From the NCBI GenBank assembly GCA_025935035.1, contig JAICWB010000001.1, positions 11,834 to 75,833 on the forward strand: a stretch of DNA of 64,000 nucleotides. The letters run 5' to 3'. The position numbers and the translations under genes are program-made. The notes beneath the pieces were generated by a model. It had not been told where the DNA came from and made no database searches. It saw only the letters and a list, made by a program, of their open reading frames with translations. The DNA is from Terriglobales bacterium. Its GTDB lineage: Bacteria; Acidobacteriota; Terriglobia; Terriglobales; Acidobacteriaceae. Below, one piece after another: positions 55,566 through 63,984 of this stretch; positions within the stretch are counted from its first letter, which is position 1, and each line of letters opens with the position of its first letter.

Positions 55566-56996
55566 ATGAAGGGTCGGTTGAGTTCGACCATTTGGATGTT
55601 AGTCACGTTCAACGCGATAGCGCTTTTCGGCGTGATCGTGTTGGCGTATATCGCGGGCGAGAAATCGCGTTTGCCGATCGCCAATGCTCTGCAGAGTGAC
55701 GGTGCCACGTTCTTTTTGTCGGCCGTCGTCGCGGGCCTCGCCATGGCTTTCATTGTTCTCTTTGTCCTTGGCAACCGCGTGATCAAGCCAGTGAAGGAAC
55801 TCACTGACTTCTCTGAGAAGCTCGCGGCCGGTGACTACAAGGCCAAGGCAGACGTCGATTCGCAAGACGACTTCGCCCTCATCGCGGAGAACTTCAACTC
55901 CAGCAGTGAGCGCGTCTCTCGTGCCGTCACCAACCAGGAAGCGCAGGAGTCGCTGCAGAAGAGCGTCACTGAGTTCTTGACCATCGTCAGCCAGATCGCC
56001 CGCGGCGATTTGACGTTGCGCGGCAATGTGACCAATGACGCGCTCGGCAACGTAGTCGATTCCGTCAACTACATGCTTGATAACTTCACGCGCGTGCTCG
56101 AACGTGTTCGCAAGAGCGCCATTGACGTCGCCTCCAACGCCAATGAGATCTTGCTCTCGTCTGAAGACATGTCCGCCGGCGCTTCGCAACAGGACCAGGA
56201 GATCACCAATACCTCGTCCGCCGTAGAAGAGCTCACCGTCTCCATGAAGCAAGTCTCGAACAACGCGGAAGCTTCGGCGGAAGCCGCACGCCGCGCACTC
56301 GATGCCGCAGAATCCGGCAACCGCGCCGTGCGTGACACCCTCGAAGGTATGCAACGCATTCGCGCCTCCGTGCAAGCCACCGCAAAGAAGATCAAGTCAC
56401 TCGGCGATCGTTCGCTGGAGATCAGCGAGATCATCAATGTTATTAATGACATCACTGAACAGACCAACCTGCTCGCGCTCAACGCCGCCATCGAAGCAGC
56501 GCGCGCCGGTGAAGCGGGCCGCGGTTTCGCCGTCGTTGCCGACGAAGTCCGCAAGCTGGCAGAACACTCCCGCACCGCTACCAAAGACATTGCTGCACTG
56601 ATCAAAGCCATCCAGGCCGAAACGAACGAAGCCGTTGTCGTGATGGAAGAGGGGACTAAGGAAGTGGAAGTCGGCGCCAAACTGGCAGACCAGGCCGGTA
56701 AAGCGTTGGAAGCTATCTCCAGCGTCGTCCGTCAATCCGCCGAACTTGTACAGGAGATATCACTCGCCTCGAAACAACAGGTGCGCGGTACTGAAGGCGT
56801 AGCTAATGCTATGCAGATCATCTCCAACATCACGCGGCAGACTTCACAGGGGACTCGTCAGACGGCCCGCACCGTGGAACACATGGTGAAGTTATCTGAG
56901 CAGTTGAATGAAGCGCTGTCGCAATTCCGCATCGCTTCATCCGGTCCGACAGAGATCCGTTCGGCCGCCGAAGTAGCTGCCGCGGGTCGCAGATAG
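55566..56996 (+). CDS. Methyl-accepting chemotaxis protein with minimal periplasmic loop (PilJ-like position)
   Basis: Two TM helices are separated by only about 20 residues ([19 protein letters not shown]), followed by HAMP. Invariant hairpin [39 protein letters not shown]. The start ATG at 55566 lies 6 nt after GGAGG; the track start is TTG at 55548. Confidence 0.9.
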   Translation: MKGRLSSTIWMLVTFNAIALFGVIVLAYIAGEKSRLPIANALQSDGATFFLSAVVAGLAMAFIVLFVLGNRVIKPVKELTDFSEKLAAGDYKAKADVDSQDDFALIAENFNSSSERVSRAVTNQEAQESLQKSVTEFLTIVSQIARGDLTLRGNVTNDALGNVVDSVNYMLDNFTRVLERVRKSAIDVASNANEILLSSEDMSAGASQQDQEITNTSSAVEELTVSMKQVSNNAEASAEAARRALDAAESGNRAVRDTLEGMQRIRASVQATAKKIKSLGDRSLEISEIINVINDITEQTNLLALNAAIEAARAGEAGRGFAVVADEVRKLAEHSRTATKDIAALIKAIQAETNEAVVVMEEGTKEVEVGAKLADQAGKALEAISSVVRQSAELVQEISLASKQQVRGTEGVANAMQIISNITRQTSQGTRQTARTVEHMVKLSEQLNEALSQFRIASSGPTEIRSAAEVAAAGRR

Positions 56997-57004
56997 TTCG
57001 TAAC

Positions 57005-57027
57005 CGATGCCGATGATGTCGGCATCG
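57005..57027 (+). other. Intergenic hairpin
   Basis: CGATGCCGA (57005-13) and TCGGCATCG (57019-27) with a 5-nt loop and no T-run. It lies between the MCP and cheR genes. Confidence 0.45.
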
Positions 57028-57061
57028 CAGTCAATATTCGCCACTTGATGCTAGGTGCTAA

Positions 57062-57943
57062 GTGCTAAAGGCTACAAATTCCGACGCCACGCTGAGTGAT
57101 CACGAGCTCTCAGAGATGCGCTCGCTTTTAGAGCAGCGCTCCGGGATCCTCTTTGACACTTCGCGTGAACGCTTCTTTTCAGCACGCGTGCGGGAGCACA
57201 TGCGCGAGAAGAAGCTCGCCCACGGCGCCGAATTGCTGCGTCTCGTGCGGGGCTCGAATGTCGAATATGACCGGCTGTTAGAGCGCCTCCTGACGCAGGA
57301 GACTTCGTTCAACCGCTATCCCGCCATTTTCTCTGCGCTGGAAAAGCGCGTGCTCCCGGAAATGCACACCAAGAAATTCTGGGAAGACCCGCGCTCGCTT
57401 CGCATCTGGAGTGCCGGCTGCGCCTCTGGTGAAGAGCCTTACACCATCGCCATCAGCGTGGCGGACGCGTTCGAACAAGCCGAGACATGGAACGTACAGA
57501 TACTCGCCACCGACATAAGTCGCCAGGCGCTCGACGTAGCCGAGAAGGGCGTGTACCCCCGCCGGGAATTAGAAACATTAAAGCCCCACCAATTCAACAA
57601 CTACTTCACCCAGCAGGGCGAACACACCTTTAAGGTGAAACCGAAGATTCGCAACATGGTCACCTTCGCGCCATTGAACTTGGCGCAGGCCGTGTACATG
57701 GGCAAGTTTGACTGCATCTTCTGCATGAACGTGATGATCTATTTCACTGAGGAGCGTCGCGCAGCGTTGATCCAGCGTTTCTTCGATTACCTCGAGCCCG
57801 GCGGATACCTATTTCTCGGCCACGCGGAATCGGTCGCCAAAGCCGGGGTCGGCTTCGAACCCATCGTCGTCGGCGATTCGTTGATCTACCAGAAACCAAT
57901 GACCGCGGCCAAACGTGCCGCCGTAACACAGGAGCGTCTGTGA
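57062..57943 (+). CDS. cheR: Chemotaxis methyltransferase CheR (PilK-like position)
   Basis: N-terminal helical domain (LSDHELSEMRSLLEQRSGILFD) and SAM motif IWSAGCASGEEPYTIA. GTG start. Confidence 0.85.
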   Translation: MLKATNSDATLSDHELSEMRSLLEQRSGILFDTSRERFFSARVREHMREKKLAHGAELLRLVRGSNVEYDRLLERLLTQETSFNRYPAIFSALEKRVLPEMHTKKFWEDPRSLRIWSAGCASGEEPYTIAISVADAFEQAETWNVQILATDISRQALDVAEKGVYPRRELETLKPHQFNNYFTQQGEHTFKVKPKIRNMVTFAPLNLAQAVYMGKFDCIFCMNVMIYFTEERRAALIQRFFDYLEPGGYLFLGHAESVAKAGVGFEPIVVGDSLIYQKPMTAAKRAAVTQERL

Positions 57944-60900
57944 GCGCGCCCGGACAAGAATTCGTCGAAGTATTTCTGACCGAAGCGTCAGAGCACCTGC
58001 AGTTCCTGCGGGAATACTCAGGCATTCTCCTGGATCCGTATCCCGTCCCAGAAGATGTGGAGCGTCTCTACATAGCCGCACACACGCTCTCGGGAACCTC
58101 TGCCTCGTATCAGTTCCCACTGTTCTCTGAAGTCGCAAGTAAACTGGCACACATCTTCCAGTACGCCATGAACGCCACCGTCGGCGCCGATGCAGCCGGC
58201 CCTCTGGTCGAGTTCATCTCGGAAGCAATCGCTGTCCTCGAGTCGGACCTGATCATGGTCAGCACCAACGCCATCGAGTCAGAAGAGGACATCAACAACT
58301 TCAAGGCGAAGTATCCCTTCGCATTCCAGGCACCGGCGCCGCCGCCGTTGGTTGAAGAGCCGCATTACGTGCATGAAGCCGAGGGCGACGTGCTCGAAGC
58401 TCACGCAACTCCACAAGCTGCGCCCGTCGCTGCTCCTGCGCCTGAGATTCACATCGCGCCGCTCGACCCCGACCCGGAAATCCCCGCCGAGATCCTCGAA
58501 TTCTTCGTACCCGAGGCCGAAGAGCATCTCCAGATCATCCAAGACTGCTTGCTCTCGCTTGAAACCCACGCCAACGCGGAAGACATCAATCGTCTCTTCC
58601 GCGCCATGCATACGGTGAAGGGAAGCGCGGCGCAAGTCGGATTGCAGCGCATAGCCCGCGTCGCACATCGCGCCGAAGATCTTGTCGGACGCTTGCGCGA
58701 CGGCCTGCTTCATCCCAGCGCCGAGATCGTAGACATCTGCCTCGAATCGGTCGATTGCCTCAAGCGCTTCCTCTACAACCAGTGGAGCGACGAAATCACG
58801 CTGCAATCGTCAGTCAAATCTCTGCTCACGCGGATCGCGCGCCTCGCTCCGGAAGAAGCTGATGGCGAAGCCGCACCGGCAGAACAGGTTGAAGTTGCCT
58901 CGCAAACCATCCACGAACGGGCCGTCGCGCAAGCCGCAGCACCCATCGCCGAGGTCCTTCATGAAGAAGTCCAGGCTGCACCCGCACCAGAGCATGCCGC
59001 CGAAACTGAACACAAAGAAGAAGATGAACTAGTAGCCGGACTCACCTCCGCCAAGCGTGACATCACCGCTGTAGCGCAATCGAAATCTGTCCGCATTGGC
59101 CTAGAACGCCTAGACCGCATGATGAACGCCGTCGGCGAGTTAGTCATCAACCGCACGCGTATGCTTGGCCGTGTTGCCGAACTTGAGCGCCTGGCGGACG
59201 TGCTCAACTTCTCCAAAGGTCGCATGGCGGACAAGGTCACCGAGTTCCAGGAGAAGTACGAATTCAGCCGCCTCACCTCGCAGCCGCAGATGCCGCAGTA
59301 CCCGGCGCAATATCTCGGGGGCGGTGAATATCCATTCCGCGGCGGCTACTCCAGCTACTCCGGCGGATACGATCCCTCACTCGCCGAATTCAGCGAACTT
59401 GAGATGGACCGGTATGACGATTTCAGCATCCTCTCGCGTTCATTGACTGAGATCTCGGCCGACATCACCGAAGTCCTCACGCAGCTAGACGGCTTCGTCC
59501 GCCGCGTTGATTCTGACATCGACGAGTTCACCAAACTCGCGCACCGCCTGCAAGACGAGATCACCCAGGCACGCATGGTGCCCATCGGCAATTTGTACGC
59601 CCGCCTGTCCCGTACCGTCCGCGACGCCGCTAAAGCCGCCAACAAGCGAGTAGAACTAGCGCTATCGGGCGCTGACACCGAACTCGACAACAACATCATC
59701 CAACAGATCTCCGATCCGCTGATTCACCTCGTCCGCAACGCCGTGGCACACGGCCTCGAACGCACAGATGAGCGGTACCACGCAGGCAAAGGCGACCACG
59801 GCAATGTCGCTGTCCGCGCCTACCATCGCGGCAACCACATATATATAGAGGTAGAAGACGACGGTCGCGGTATCGACTACGCGAAAGTCCGCGCCACCGC
59901 CGTTGAAGCCGGCCTCGTAAGCTTCGAAGACGCGGCAGCACTCGGCGAGCGCGATCTGCTCGAGTTCTTGTTCCATCCCGGCTTCTCCACCGCACCTCGC
60001 AAGACCGAACTCGCCGGACGCGGTGTAGGCCTTGACGTAGTCCGCGCCAACTTAAAATCGCTCAACGGCGAGATCGACATCGAAACCTCGAAGGGCCACG
60101 GCACGCGCTTTACTCTGAAGGTGCCGCTCACCCTAATCATCTCGCAAGCGCTCTTCGTGCGGTGCGGCAAACAGACCTTCGCACTCCCGCTCGCCTTCAT
60201 CGAAGAGATTCGCCGCTTAAACGCCAACGACATCGAAGAAGTCGGCGGCAAGCTGCTTACAAAAGTCCGCGATGTAGTCACCGAAGTCGTTCGTCTCGAC
60301 GATCATCTCGGCCTCGCAAAGGTCGAGCCCGTCAACGGCTACTACCGTATGGTCATCGCCAATGTCGGTCAGCGCCAGGTCGGCATCATCGTCGAAGAAG
60401 TCCTGCGCAAAGACGAAATAGTCATCAAGAGCCTCGGCGAATACCTGCGCAACGTGAAGATGTTCCCCGGTTCCACCATCGCGCCAGACGGCAGCCTCAT
60501 CCTGCTCATCGACATCAATCGCCTCATCGCCGGCGAACAAGTCGAACGTCGTCCGCTGGCCATGGCCAACATCGCGAAGGCCGCGCGCCTCTTCGCCCCG
60601 GGCGCAGCCGCAGTCGCCGCCGGACACATCCCCGAAGCCGCCATCGACGAAGTCGGCCCGGAAAAAGTCGTGGTCCTCGCAGACGACTCCATCTCCGTCC
60701 GCAAATTTGTAGGACGCATGCTGGAAAAAGCCGGCTATCGCGTGAAACTCGCCTCAGACGGCCTGGAAGCCTTAGAGATCGCCACCGCCATGAAAGTCGA
60801 TCTAGTGGTCACAGATCTCGAGATGCCGCGCACCAACGGATACGAACTCATCGCGCACCTGAAACAAAACACGCAAACACGCAATCTGCCGGTCATGGTC

Positions 60901-61068
60901 GTCACATCACGCGCAGGCGCAAAACACAAAGACCGTGCATTGAAAGAAGGCGCATCGGCATTCATGACCAAGCCGGTGCAGGACGAACAATTTGTAGCCG
61001 CCGTGGCCGCATTGATCGGCCCGGCAATGGGAGCGTCGCTGGCACATCACGCCACGACCACACACTAG
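57940..61068 (+). CDS. cheA: Hybrid CheA-type histidine kinase with two Hpt domains and a C-terminal receiver (ChpA-like)
   Basis: Hpt1 reads AAHTLSGTSAS (His codon 58081-83). Hpt2 reads AMHTVKGSAAQ (His codon 58609-11). N box HLVRNAVAHGLE, G1 DDGRGID, G2 GRGVGLDVV, then a CheW-like domain. The C-terminal REC has intact DD and phospho-Asp (VLADDS ... LVVTDLEMPRTNG). It overlaps cheR by 4 nt. Confidence 0.9.
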   Translation: MSAPGQEFVEVFLTEASEHLQFLREYSGILLDPYPVPEDVERLYIAAHTLSGTSASYQFPLFSEVASKLAHIFQYAMNATVGADAAGPLVEFISEAIAVLESDLIMVSTNAIESEEDINNFKAKYPFAFQAPAPPPLVEEPHYVHEAEGDVLEAHATPQAAPVAAPAPEIHIAPLDPDPEIPAEILEFFVPEAEEHLQIIQDCLLSLETHANAEDINRLFRAMHTVKGSAAQVGLQRIARVAHRAEDLVGRLRDGLLHPSAEIVDICLESVDCLKRFLYNQWSDEITLQSSVKSLLTRIARLAPEEADGEAAPAEQVEVASQTIHERAVAQAAAPIAEVLHEEVQAAPAPEHAAETEHKEEDELVAGLTSAKRDITAVAQSKSVRIGLERLDRMMNAVGELVINRTRMLGRVAELERLADVLNFSKGRMADKVTEFQEKYEFSRLTSQPQMPQYPAQYLGGGEYPFRGGYSSYSGGYDPSLAEFSELEMDRYDDFSILSRSLTEISADITEVLTQLDGFVRRVDSDIDEFTKLAHRLQDEITQARMVPIGNLYARLSRTVRDAAKAANKRVELALSGADTELDNNIIQQISDPLIHLVRNAVAHGLERTDERYHAGKGDHGNVAVRAYHRGNHIYIEVEDDGRGIDYAKVRATAVEAGLVSFEDAAALGERDLLEFLFHPGFSTAPRKTELAGRGVGLDVVRANLKSLNGEIDIETSKGHGTRFTLKVPLTLIISQALFVRCGKQTFALPLAFIEEIRRLNANDIEEVGGKLLTKVRDVVTEVVRLDDHLGLAKVEPVNGYYRMVIANVGQRQVGIIVEEVLRKDEIVIKSLGEYLRNVKMFPGSTIAPDGSLILLIDINRLIAGEQVERRPLAMANIAKAARLFAPGAAAVAAGHIPEAAIDEVGPEKVVVLADDSISVRKFVGRMLEKAGYRVKLASDGLEALEIATAMKVDLVVTDLEMPRTNGYELIAHLKQNTQTRNLPVMVVTSRAGAKHKDRALKEGASAFMTKPVQDEQFVAAVAALIGPAMGASLAHHATTTH

Positions 61069-61080
61069 GACTTCGGAACG

Positions 61081-62274
61081 ATGGAAGCAGGGAAGAGAAT
61101 TCGGGTTTTAGTCGCAGACGACTCGGCGTTCATGCGCAAGGTTTTAGTAAGCATCTTAAGCGCAGATCCGCAATTTGAAGTCGCCGGCGAAGCGCGCGAT
61201 GGCCGCGATGCCGTCGCCCAGTCCGAAGCCCTGTCTCCAGACGTCATCACCATGGACATCAACATGCCTCACATGGACGGCCTCCAGGCCACCGAAGTGA
61301 TCATGTCCACCAAACCCAAACCCATCGTGATCGTCAGCTCGGAATCGCGCGATGGCGCAGACATCACTCTGAAAGCCCTCGAGCTCGGTGCGATCGACTT
61401 CGTCGCCAAGCCATCCAGCGGTGTTGATCTCGACATGAACACCATTCGCGAAGAGTTGGTTCGCAAGTTGCGCATGGCCTCGAAGGTCCGAGTTGTCCGC
61501 ACAGCGTCACGTTCGAAGCTCGCGCAAGAGATCGCCACCTCCGCCCCTCGCACCGAGCCCGCGCTCCCTTCTGGATACGCCATCAATGCGGCCAACAATG
61601 GTTCAGGCATTCAAGCGCCCGCCCTCAGAAAGATCTCCAGCGTCTTCAATGATGCCACTTCGCTGAAACGTGGCGACGGCAAATTCCCCATCGTGGTCAT
61701 CGCTGCTTCCACCGGCGGTCCAGCTACATTGATGAAGCTGATTCCAAGTTTCCCCAAAGAATTTCCCGGCGCTGTTCTACTCGTGCAGCACATGCCCGCT
61801 AGCTTCACATCGCAGTTCGCGCAACAGCTGGCAGACATCGCCGCTATAAAAGTAAAAGAGGCGTCACCCGGTGAGATCATCTCGCCCGGCAACCTTTATC
61901 TATGCCCCGGTTCGTCGCACATGAAGGTCACCGCCACCGGACGCCTCACGCTCGACGAAGGTGCGCGCATCAACGGCTATCGTCCCTGCGCCGACGTCAC
62001 CCTCACCACCGCCGCCGAATTCATAGGCAGCCTCGGCATCGGCGTGATCCTTACCGGCATGGGTAATGACGGGTGCCAGGGCGCGCAAGCCATGAAAGCT
62101 GCCGGCGCACACGTCATCGCGCAGGACGAAGCCACCTCCATCATCTTCGGCATGAACGCTGAAGCCATCAAGACCGGCGCAGTGGATCAGATCTTGCCGC
62201 TCGACTCTATCTATCAATCGATCGAGAAGCGCATGCTCTACGTCTGCGGCGCAGCGCGGGTAGGTGCATCATGA
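61081..62274 (+). CDS. cheB: Protein-glutamate methylesterase CheB (ChpB-like position)
   Basis: REC (VLVADDS.. VITMDINMPHMDG), a ~70-aa linker, then the methylesterase domain (AASTGGP, VQHMPASFT, TGMGNDGC). Confidence 0.9.
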   Translation: MEAGKRIRVLVADDSAFMRKVLVSILSADPQFEVAGEARDGRDAVAQSEALSPDVITMDINMPHMDGLQATEVIMSTKPKPIVIVSSESRDGADITLKALELGAIDFVAKPSSGVDLDMNTIREELVRKLRMASKVRVVRTASRSKLAQEIATSAPRTEPALPSGYAINAANNGSGIQAPALRKISSVFNDATSLKRGDGKFPIVVIAASTGGPATLMKLIPSFPKEFPGAVLLVQHMPASFTSQFAQQLADIAAIKVKEASPGEIISPGNLYLCPGSSHMKVTATGRLTLDEGARINGYRPCADVTLTTAAEFIGSLGIGVILTGMGNDGCQGAQAMKAAGAHVIAQDEATSIIFGMNAEAIKTGAVDQILPLDSIYQSIEKRMLYVCGAARVGAS

Positions 62275-62777
62275 ACCTCCGCCAACGCACAGTCGCAAAG
62301 AAACAGCATTCGGAAGACGTCATCCTCTTTGATGTCGGCGAGATGCGTTTCGCCATCGCCGCTCGCGATGTGGACGAGATCCGCAATATGGAGAGCATGA
62401 CCGCACGCCACTTCGGCACGGACCCGTGCATCGCGAAAGTGAAGTCAACGATCTCGCGCACCAAAGGTTCCGCCGAGCAAACGTTTTACGTGGTGAACTC
62501 CGCGCTACACTATCGCCTAGCTCAAGCCGCGCCGACTCGGTTACTCATCCTGCGCGATCATCCCGTCGCTCTCCTCGCAGACTCCATCGATCGCATGATG
62601 CAAGTCAGCACTGTTCTCGCGGTCCCGCAAGCTTTTCAAGGCGCAGAACGCAAATGGTATCGCGGCCTCGCGGTCATGAACGGCAAAGTAATACCCATGG
62701 TCGATCCCGCGTCGTTCCTCGGTCGCGAAGAACTCGACCTTCTTGCCGGCACAAGAGTTCAGGCGGTGACGGCATGA
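62271..62777 (+). CDS. Divergent CheW-like protein (ChpC-like position)
   Basis: CheW-like topology (VILFDVGEMRFAIAARDVDEIRNM ... LLILRDHPVALLADSIDRMMQV ... GLAVMNGKVIPMVDPASF). It overlaps cheB by 4 nt. Confidence 0.7.
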   Translation: MNLRQRTVAKKQHSEDVILFDVGEMRFAIAARDVDEIRNMESMTARHFGTDPCIAKVKSTISRTKGSAEQTFYVVNSALHYRLAQAAPTRLLILRDHPVALLADSIDRMMQVSTVLAVPQAFQGAERKWYRGLAVMNGKVIPMVDPASFLGREELDLLAGTRVQAVTA

Positions 62778-63193
62778 GTACTGACAGCCGCTTTGTCCTG
62801 TTCCCGCTAGGCAACAAACGCTTCGCTTTGCCTGCCGCTCAAGTCACCGAACTCGCGCAGCCAGACGTCTTGCAAAAATTCCCGCACACCACCAAGCTGT
62901 TAGCCGGTGTGCTCCTTCGCCGCGGGCGCATCATTCCCGTCCTCGACGTAGCTGAAGTCCTAATTGGCCCGGACGCCCCCGCTCGCAAGTTCTATCTCAT
63001 CGCTACCAGAAAGTTCGATCACATGGAAGAATGGACCGCCGTGCCCGTGACCGGCGAATGCGAATTGAAAAAGTGGGACATGATTCCGCCCATGCCCTCA
63101 CTGCCCAAACATGTCATTGGCATCCTTTCGCTGCCAGAAGAGACCATTGAAGTGATTGATCTCAATCAACTAGCAATGACGGCGGTCGCTTAA
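62774..63193 (+). CDS. Second divergent CheW-like protein
   Basis: 139 aa from ATG 62774, with an ATGA overlap on the previous stop. Sequence: FVLFPLGNKRFALPAAQVTELAQ ... LAGVLLRRGRIIPVLDVAEVL ... VIGILSLPEETIEVIDLNQL. Confidence 0.7.
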   Translation: MSTDSRFVLFPLGNKRFALPAAQVTELAQPDVLQKFPHTTKLLAGVLLRRGRIIPVLDVAEVLIGPDAPARKFYLIATRKFDHMEEWTAVPVTGECELKKWDMIPPMPSLPKHVIGILSLPEETIEVIDLNQLAMTAVA

Positions 63194-63984
63194 TGTCGAA
63201 TATCTCCGCCAATCCGCGCCTGTTGTTGATTGATAGCAACGTCTTCTTCGCCAAGCGCCTCACTGACGCGCTCACAGCCATCGGCTTCGACGTCTCCCAC
63301 AACACGCAATCCGCCTTCGCACTCACATCGCTCGAATGGGACACGCCCGTAGCCATCATCTGCTCCACGCAACTTCGCGAGATGGGAGCGTTTGAGCTTC
63401 CCAAGATTCTTAACGCTGATGCCAAGACCGCGCATATCCCCGTCATAGCCATGGGCGACGGCGGCGACCAGGCGCTGATGGAAGCTTTCCGCGCCGGTTG
63501 CGACGACTATATCGATCGCCGTCTCGGCCCCGAACACATCGCCACCCATGTGCGCACTTTTCTAAAGAGTCACACCGAAGGCTTCCAGCCCACGCAGATG
63601 CTCACCAACTCTGAGACTGCGTTGAGCGGCAATCTCTCACACCTCGATCTGCCCGGCGTCGTGCAGATGCTATGTCACTCCCGCCAGTCCGGCGCGCTCC
63701 ACATCAACGCGCGCGAGATCGACGGCGTGATCTTCTTTGAAGCCGGTGACATCACCCATGCCGAAGCCGGCGAGCAGATCGGTGACGACGCGTTCACCAC
63801 CATCGTGAAGCGCTGCAATGGCATAGGAAATGGCATCTACAAATTCATTCCCGGGGCAGAAACCCCCACGCGCACTGTCTTGCGATCAGCAACCGATCTC
63901 ATGCTCGATGCGTTGCGTCAGCTCGATGAAGAGAATGACGGCGGTGGGGAAGAAGAAGGATTCGCAACAGGAGGGGCATCGTGA
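63193..63984 (+). CDS. Degenerate receiver + DUF4388/PATAN-like domain protein
   Basis: The N-terminal REC fold lacks the phospho-acceptor Asp: VAIICSTQLREMG where DxxMP is expected (C57-S58, codons 63361-66). The conserved T is G and the conserved K is R. The C-terminal block LSGNLSHLDLPGVVQMLCHSRQSGALHINAREIDGVIFFEAGDITHAEAGEQIGDDAF fits the DUF4388 pattern as I recall it. The start overlaps the previous stop (TAATG). Confidence 0.7.
   Translation: MSNISANPRLLLIDSNVFFAKRLTDALTAIGFDVSHNTQSAFALTSLEWDTPVAIICSTQLREMGAFELPKILNADAKTAHIPVIAMGDGGDQALMEAFRAGCDDYIDRRLGPEHIATHVRTFLKSHTEGFQPTQMLTNSETALSGNLSHLDLPGVVQMLCHSRQSGALHINAREIDGVIFFEAGDITHAEAGEQIGDDAFTTIVKRCNGIGNGIYKFIPGAETPTRTVLRSATDLMLDALRQLDEENDGGGEEEGFATGGAS

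Noticed and set aside
55599-56680. Two long minus-strand ORFs (55599-56375 and 56069-56680). The same situation occurs at 45857-46699 (+) opposite the Che1 MCP.
   Set aside because: They are antisense to MCP genes. Ala/Glu-rich coiled-coil coding sequence routinely leaves the opposite strand open, and no motifs are present.
57046-57069. Short degenerate tandem heptamer (ATGCTAG GTGCTAA GTGCTAA) at the cheR start.
   Set aside because: There are only three imperfect units and they overlap the start codon region. The pattern is too short to distinguish from chance.
60162-61178. 338-aa ORF extremely rich in Arg/Ser/Pro/His.
   Set aside because: It is an alternative frame of the ChpA-like kinase and the cheB start. 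Its composition is a frame-shift artefact of GC-rich coding sequence.
62426-62773. 5' extension of the 62426-63193 track ORF.
   Set aside because: It is Arg/Ser-rich out-of-frame sequence inside the preceding CheW-like gene. The ATG at 62774, with an ATGA overlap, starts the recognisable CheW-like sequence.
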